A stretch of DNA of 64,000 nucleotides, from contig CACYSQ010000004.1 of assembly GCA_902777125.1 (NCBI GenBank), forward strand, positions 47,470-111,469. Reading direction: 5' to 3'. Shown one piece after another: positions 58,467 through 64,000 of this stretch; positions within the stretch are counted from its first letter, which is position 1, and each line of letters begins with the position of its first letter. The notes under the pieces are model-generated. The model saw nothing but the letters and a program-made list of their open reading frames with translations. It ran no database searches and was not told the origin of the DNA. A program made the translations under genes and the position numbers. The stretch comes from Ruminococcus flavefaciens. Lineage in GTDB: Bacteria > Bacillota > Clostridia > Oscillospirales > Ruminococcaceae.

Positions 58467-58522
58467 AGAAGTTTTCAGCAATAACCATAAAATTGTGAAT
58501 TTAAACGCATTTTGATGTTTGC

Positions 58523-58543
58523 CTTTGTGCAGTTTGCACAAAG
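58523..58543. promoter_or_regulatory. Perfect palindrome, putative protein-binding site
   Basis: CTTTGTGCA-GTT-TGCACAAAG (9-3-9) between the divergent minD and moxR promoters. Confidence 0.55.
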
Positions 58544-58630
58544 AACTGCCCAGTCGTACTCTCCCCCCGCTCCCCAGTCAACGTTTTTGCCCGCCTTATC
58601 GGTTAAAAATTGCGAATTGCTTTCAGGCTC

Positions 58631-58659
58631 TTGCAAATCATTAAAATAAGTGTTATAAT
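58631..58659 (+). promoter_or_regulatory. moxR operon promoter
   Basis: TTGCAA-17 bp-TATAAT with TG extension. Confidence 0.7.
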
Positions 58660-58692
58660 AAATGATATGATAAAAAAACAGGAGATGCAAAA

Positions 58693-59652
58693 ATGAACCA
58701 GAATTACTATTCCAATCAGATAAGCTCGATAGTCAGCGAGGTTAAAAAGGCTGTCATCGGCAAGGATTCCACTATCATCAAGGTTCTCCTTGCTATTCTC
58801 GCAAAGGGTCATATCCTTATCGAGGATATCCCCGGTGTCGGCAAAACCACCCTTGCCCTTGCTTTCTCAAAGGCTCTCTCCCTCGAACACAACCGTATGC
58901 AGTTCACACCTGATGTGCTCCCCTCCGATGTTACCGGCTTCTCGGTATACAACAAGGTCACTGGCAGGTTCGAGTTCCGTCCGGGCGTTGCTTTCTGCAA
59001 CCTCTTCCTCGCGGACGAGATAAACCGCACCTCCAGCAAAACGCAGTCAGCTCTCCTTGAGCTCATGGAGGAGAAAAGCATCACGGTCGACGGCAACACC
59101 TACAAGCTCCCTGAGCCATATACCGTCATCGCCACTCAGAACCCCATAGGCTCTGCCGGTACACATAACCTCCCCGACTCCCAGCTCGACCGCTTCATGA
59201 TAAAGCTCAGCATGGGCTACCCCGATTTCAGCGGCGAGGTCGCTATCCTCAAAGCCAAATACAACACAAATCCCCTTGATACCGTCCGTTCCGTAGCCGA
59301 TGCCTCGTTCATAAACGAGCTTCAGGAGTATATCTCCAATGTCTATGTGGACGACCGTATCTACGAATATATCGTCGCCATTGCTTCCGCGACAAGAACT
59401 CACCCGCTCGTAAAGCTCGGCGTAAGTCCGAGAGGTACCCTTGCCCTCATGCAGATTTCAAAGGGCATCGCTGTTGCTATGGGACGCGATTACGTCATTC
59501 CGGACGATATCAGCTATATCTGTCCCGATGTTTTCGAGCACCGCATTATCCTCAATTCCAAGGCTAAGCTCACGGATACAACCCCCTCAGAGGTCATAGC
59601 GGAGATACTCAGGGCTGTGCCTGTTCCCGGCATATCCGCACCGCAAAGGTAA
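58693..59652 (+). CDS. MoxR-family AAA+ ATPase
   Basis: HILIEDIPGVGKT, RMQFTPDVLPSD, LADEINRTSSKTQSALL, ATQNP and LDRFM. Confidence 0.95.
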   Translation: MNQNYYSNQISSIVSEVKKAVIGKDSTIIKVLLAILAKGHILIEDIPGVGKTTLALAFSKALSLEHNRMQFTPDVLPSDVTGFSVYNKVTGRFEFRPGVAFCNLFLADEINRTSSKTQSALLELMEEKSITVDGNTYKLPEPYTVIATQNPIGSAGTHNLPDSQLDRFMIKLSMGYPDFSGEVAILKAKYNTNPLDTVRSVADASFINELQEYISNVYVDDRIYEYIVAIASATRTHPLVKLGVSPRGTLALMQISKGIAVAMGRDYVIPDDISYICPDVFEHRIILNSKAKLTDTTPSEVIAEILRAVPVPGISAPQR

Positions 59653-59657
59653 GAGCC

Positions 59658-60845
59658 ATGCTTGCTACAAAGATACTATTCGCTATCCTCATCGTGATAT
59701 GCAGCTTCTTCTATATCCTCTACCTCTGGGACTTCGCCCTCGTTCTGCTGATAGTGATGCTTGCACTTCCCGTGCTCATGTTCATCATCACACTTATCGC
59801 AAAATTCAGCATGAGCGCGGAATTCGCCCTGCAAACCAGGACAGCAGCCAAAAACGAGAAGTTCATGGTACAGCTCTGCCTCACAAACAGGTGCATATTC
59901 CCCGTCGGCAAGGCGGAGGCGCATATCGAATACTACAACATCTTCTCGAACAGCATTTCCGCTTTCGATATCCTCATGCCGGTACAGCCGCGGAACACCC
60001 AGCGCGTGACCTTCAGCCTGAGCTCGGAATACTGCGGTCAGCTTATGCTGCGGACGGTCTATATCAACATCTTCGATCCGCTGAGGATATTCAGAATGAA
60101 GACCTGCCGGAACATCTCGGCTCAGATAGCCGTCATGCCCGGCTTCCATGAGATAGAGGCTTCTCTCGCAGAGACTATGGTCTCCGATGAGGAATGCGAG
60201 CACTATTCCGAAAACAAGCCCGGCGACGCCCCCTCCGAGGTATTCGGTCTGAGGGAATATACTCCCGGCGATAAGCTCAACCGTATCCACTGGAAGCTCA
60301 GCTCCAAAAAGGAAGAATTCATCGTCAAGGATTATAGTCTCCCCCTCGATTCGCCCTCGGTAATTTTCGCCGACCTGAAATGCTATGACGATTCACAGCA
60401 TACTCTTCCGGTTTTCGACACCATGATCGAAACGCTGACCTCGCTCTCACACTTCCTCACGGAAAACGAACGCATTCACAAGATAGTCTTCTTTTCCGCA
60501 AGACAAGGCGGTTTCAAGGAGATCGAGATACTCGGCAGCGAGAGTCTTTCCGCAGCAGTCGGTGAGCTCATAGGCTCTTTCAGCGACAACCTTTTCAGCG
60601 GTGAGCCCACTGCATACTTCGCGGAAAGAAAAGCCGGAGAGGTTTCCTCCTTCACTATCATAACCTCAGATTTCAGCGGAAAAGCTGCCGCTCTCCTTGG
60701 GGACGGCGTAAATGCAGAGATAAAGAACGCAATTGTCGTAACACCCTCCGCAGACATAAAAGTTCCCGAGATCAGCGAAAGCGTCAGGGTCATACCCGTC
60801 GCAGCAGGTCATATCTCCGCTTCTATAAAGGATTTAGAGTTATAA
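59658..60845 (+). CDS. DUF58 domain membrane protein
   Basis: N-terminal TMs; LREYTPGDKLNRIHWKLSSKK DUF58 signature. Confidence 0.92.
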   Translation: MLATKILFAILIVICSFFYILYLWDFALVLLIVMLALPVLMFIITLIAKFSMSAEFALQTRTAAKNEKFMVQLCLTNRCIFPVGKAEAHIEYYNIFSNSISAFDILMPVQPRNTQRVTFSLSSEYCGQLMLRTVYINIFDPLRIFRMKTCRNISAQIAVMPGFHEIEASLAETMVSDEECEHYSENKPGDAPSEVFGLREYTPGDKLNRIHWKLSSKKEEFIVKDYSLPLDSPSVIFADLKCYDDSQHTLPVFDTMIETLTSLSHFLTENERIHKIVFFSARQGGFKEIEILGSESLSAAVGELIGSFSDNLFSGEPTAYFAERKAGEVSSFTIITSDFSGKAAALLGDGVNAEIKNAIVVTPSADIKVPEISESVRVIPVAAGHISASIKDLEL

Positions 60846-63442
60846 TGAAAAAAAGATCGGTAAACAGCAATAACGGTATCACGATCTGCGACAGCATAAT
60901 AATGTCCGTCAAGAGAAAGAAAACGGATATCCGGACGCCTATCGCCGTAGCTATCGCCATTACAGGCTTCGTTTCCGTGATCATGGCGTTCCTCGGTATG
61001 TTCCGGCTCAACTACAGCACTTCGGCAGTCGCAGCAGCAGCAGTCGGTTTTTCCCTGCTGTACATAACCCTCTGCGTGATAGAGGGAAAGGCTCTATGGG
61101 TCTATGCAGGCACGTTCATTTTCTATATCACCATCGCTTTCAGATACAGGGACTATATCTTCGACGGCTTCCGGTACGTCTATAACATCATCTACCGTCA
61201 GACTTACCACTCAGATGTGGACTACTACAAGGATTTCACCGTAACAAGCGAAAAAACCGCCGTAACGGTATTCATGGTATTCGTAATATGGCTCATTGCA
61301 GCCGTGATCTACCAGTACACTATCTGCCGTCCGAACCCTGTTCTTCCGCTTCTTGTGACCTTCCCCCTCATGGAGGTGGGACTCTACAACGGCATAGCGA
61401 TGCCTGTATTCTGGGGCATACTCGTTATCGCCTACTGGCTCGCTTTGCTTTCCATGTCCATGATAGACGTCGGAGAGTACGTCAGCGGCGGCGGCGGCTT
61501 CGTCAGAAAGGACGACACCTTCTTCCCAAAGCGTCAGATGAAGCTCAAGGTAACCGAACAGTGCGGCGCATTGGTGATAGCCTGCGTCATGCTCATAGCA
61601 TCATGCACAGCCGGCTACATTAAATTGACCGACTATAAGCGCAGCGAAAAGCTAAACCAGAAACGCATCGACCTCAACAACGCCTTCAATGAGTTCTCCT
61701 TCGACGATCTCCCGGCAAGTCTCGGAAGAATAACGGAAGCTCTCGGCTTTGATATCGGATTCCTGCGCGATAACGACAGGCTCGGCAGCAAGGACAGGGT
61801 CTCCTACGACAACGAGACCGATATCGTTCTCACTATTTCAGACAAGCCGACCGGTGCGCTCTACCTGAAGGGCGATGTCAGCTCCGTTTACAGGAACAGC
61901 AAATGGAAGGAACTCGACAGCGATGTCTACAAGCGTCCGGAATACGCCGGTCTGTTCGACGGCAAGATAAAGCCGCAGGATATCTTCGGTCAGATCGCAC
62001 AGCTGATCTATCCGCGGAGAGAGCAGTTCTTCATGACTGTCAAGCCGCGTTCCTCTGACCCCGATTTCTACGCTCCATACGGTACTGTCAACCGCGGAAG
62101 TCTCGTCTATACGGACGATACCCTCGTCCACAGCACTCCCGCAAAAGAACAGACCTACCGTATGTACTACATGAGCTCCACTGAGGTCCTCGATACACTG
62201 ACCTATGTTCCTGAAATGATATATAGCTATTCCGATGAAATAACCGATAACATGGCTAGATACTACGGCAGCTTCGAGGGCTATATTTCGTGCTATGATG
62301 ACATTGAAGCCATAGACTACGAGAAAAAGTACCGCAGGTTCGTCTATGATAACTACCTACAGATACCCGATACAAAGGATATGCGCGAGGTCAGAAACGC
62401 CTACGCCTCCGAGATAGGCGCCTGCAATGTCAATTCCACAGTTCAGGAGAAGATTCAGACACTACGCTACATCAAGAACAGAATGAGCAAGGATACGAAA
62501 TACACGCTTTCTCCCGGAAGAACTCCCGGTACGCGCGATTTCGTCAGCTACTTCCTCCTCGAAAACCAGAAAGGCTACTGCGTCCACTACGCTACCTCGG
62601 GAGTTATGCTCGCGAGAATGGCAGGTATCCCCGCAAGATACGCTACAGGCTATGTTGTCGTGGATTCCGACTACAGCGAGGAAACACTGTTCGGCTTAGG
62701 CTCATATAAGGTCAATATCAAGGACAGCCGCAGTCACGCATGGACTGAGGTCTACCTCGACGGCTTCGGCTGGGTACCTTTTGAGTTCACCACAGGCTAC
62801 AGCGAGAACAGTATAACTCCTGGAGTTGAGCCGAAAAGGAGTGGTACGCAGACCGTTACCACAACAACTGCGGTAACAACGACTACCGTTACGGGCTCAA
62901 ACAACTACTCCACTACCACAAGAACACATACCACCCATCCGGTACAGTCCGGCACTAAGCCGGGCACTACTGCTCCGCATTCTTCAGAAGGCTCATCAGG
63001 AGGCATACCGTTCGCGGTAAAGCTCATACTGATAATTCTCCTGTTCACCGGCGCAGTCATCGGTATCATAGCTGCAAGACGAAGATACATCGTCAGCAAG
63101 CGTGAACGAGGCTTCACGGACGGTTCTCCCGACCAGCGCATCGCAAATATCTACGCCTATGCGGAAAAGCTCCTTGCAAGGCTCGGCATCATGAAGAATG
63201 ACGAGAGCTATAAGGATTTTGCCGCAAGGGTCGAGGCTGAATACGGCGGAAAGCTCTTCGCTTCGGACGGCTTCGCAAGGCTCATCGACATCTCTCTCGG
63301 CTCAGCATTCAGTCCGGACAGCGCCTCCGAGAAGGACATTGCGGACTGTCTCTCAACTGTCCGCGCAATTGCCGGCAGCATCTACCAAAAGGCAGGCTTT
63401 GCAGAAAAGCTCAGCCTGAAATATCTCACCGTCATTATCTAA
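60845..63442 (+). CDS. Multi-TM transglutaminase-like protein
   Basis: About 7 N-terminal TMs; GYCVHYATSGVMLARMAGIPARYATGY (Cys), SHAWTEVY (His) and GWVPFEFT; Thr-rich linker and a final TM. Confidence 0.92.
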   Translation: MKKRSVNSNNGITICDSIIMSVKRKKTDIRTPIAVAIAITGFVSVIMAFLGMFRLNYSTSAVAAAAVGFSLLYITLCVIEGKALWVYAGTFIFYITIAFRYRDYIFDGFRYVYNIIYRQTYHSDVDYYKDFTVTSEKTAVTVFMVFVIWLIAAVIYQYTICRPNPVLPLLVTFPLMEVGLYNGIAMPVFWGILVIAYWLALLSMSMIDVGEYVSGGGGFVRKDDTFFPKRQMKLKVTEQCGALVIACVMLIASCTAGYIKLTDYKRSEKLNQKRIDLNNAFNEFSFDDLPASLGRITEALGFDIGFLRDNDRLGSKDRVSYDNETDIVLTISDKPTGALYLKGDVSSVYRNSKWKELDSDVYKRPEYAGLFDGKIKPQDIFGQIAQLIYPRREQFFMTVKPRSSDPDFYAPYGTVNRGSLVYTDDTLVHSTPAKEQTYRMYYMSSTEVLDTLTYVPEMIYSYSDEITDNMARYYGSFEGYISCYDDIEAIDYEKKYRRFVYDNYLQIPDTKDMREVRNAYASEIGACNVNSTVQEKIQTLRYIKNRMSKDTKYTLSPGRTPGTRDFVSYFLLENQKGYCVHYATSGVMLARMAGIPARYATGYVVVDSDYSEETLFGLGSYKVNIKDSRSHAWTEVYLDGFGWVPFEFTTGYSENSITPGVEPKRSGTQTVTTTTAVTTTTVTGSNNYSTTTRTHTTHPVQSGTKPGTTAPHSSEGSSGGIPFAVKLILIILLFTGAVIGIIAARRRYIVSKRERGFTDGSPDQRIANIYAYAEKLLARLGIMKNDESYKDFAARVEAEYGGKLFASDGFARLIDISLGSAFSPDSASEKDIADCLSTVRAIAGSIYQKAGFAEKLSLKYLTVII

Positions 63443-63455
63443 GGAGGATAAGAAA

Positions 63456-63989
63456 ATGGGAAAGACAAGTTCAGCATTCATGACCAAAGGCATCATCTAC
63501 CTGATCTGCGGTATACTCATCGGTTTCTTCCCGGGTATCATTTCGTGGATATTCTACATCGTCGGCGGACTTATCATTATTGGAAGCGTTCTCATGCTCA
63601 TAACCGGTGCAGGCTCTGGACTTGACGGTTCGGTTGTCGGAGGTGCAGTCGCCGGTATCATCGTTGGAGCTATAATCTGCCTTATACCGCGCATCATCTC
63701 GGTCGGAATTCCGATCGCTGCCGGAATAATCTTCATAATCTCAGGTATAACGCGGTTCTTCAAGTCGCTGAAGGCTGAAAAGAGCGAACTCAATACTGCG
63801 AGCATGATATTCGGCATACTGCTTGCGGCATTCGGCGGCTTCCTGCTGTTCAATCCGTTCAAGGCAAGCTTCATCATTCGCATGAGCATAGGCATACTCC
63901 TCATTGTTCTTGCGGTATTCAGCTTCTACGCCGCCCGTATCGCACGGCAGCGTGAAAAAAACACCATTCCCGATACTATCGACGTATGA
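63456..63989 (+). CDS. HdeD/DUF308-like membrane protein
   Basis: 177 aa with about 6 Gly/Ile-rich TM segments in a repeated pattern. Confidence 0.7.
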   Translation: MGKTSSAFMTKGIIYLICGILIGFFPGIISWIFYIVGGLIIIGSVLMLITGAGSGLDGSVVGGAVAGIIVGAIICLIPRIISVGIPIAAGIIFIISGITRFFKSLKAEKSELNTASMIFGILLAAFGGFLLFNPFKASFIIRMSIGILLIVLAVFSFYAARIARQREKNTIPDTIDV

Positions 63990-64000
63990 TATTTCTCAGG

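Overview
Core-genome window from a cellulosome-producing Ruminococcus-type bacterium (inferred from R. flavefaciens-like dockerins and a GH44-CBM-dockerin enzyme). I found no rRNA, tRNA, CRISPR array, prophage or IS element. Housekeeping blocks: rnj-gdpP-rplI-dnaB-tilS-ftsH; FHA-rodA-PBP; hpf; ligA; rpsO-pnp; a complete 9-gene V/A-type ATPase operon (ntpFIKECGABD order, Na+-type rotor signature); minD-mgsA-hisS-aspS-Nudix; and MoxR-DUF58-transglutaminase. Two genes missing from the ORF track were read directly: the RNase P RNA (rnpB, about 7438-7782, minus) and the 5' part of yunB (1-345, minus). The best leads are: (1) a promoter/short leader/terminator/second promoter arrangement upstream of the ATPase that resembles a Na+-sensing (DUF1646-like) riboswitch; (2) an orphan TogB-like sugar-binding lipoprotein translationally coupled to a Cache-GGDEF diguanylate cyclase, a candidate pectin-oligomer to c-di-GMP sensor; (3) a three-gene sortase module with a non-canonical VEDTG substrate; (4) a MinD lacking its membrane-targeting helix next to an MgsA lacking catalytic residues; (5) an XRE regulator apparently co-transcribed with the GH44 cellulosomal enzyme. 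All family assignments are by eye from motifs; no database searches were run.
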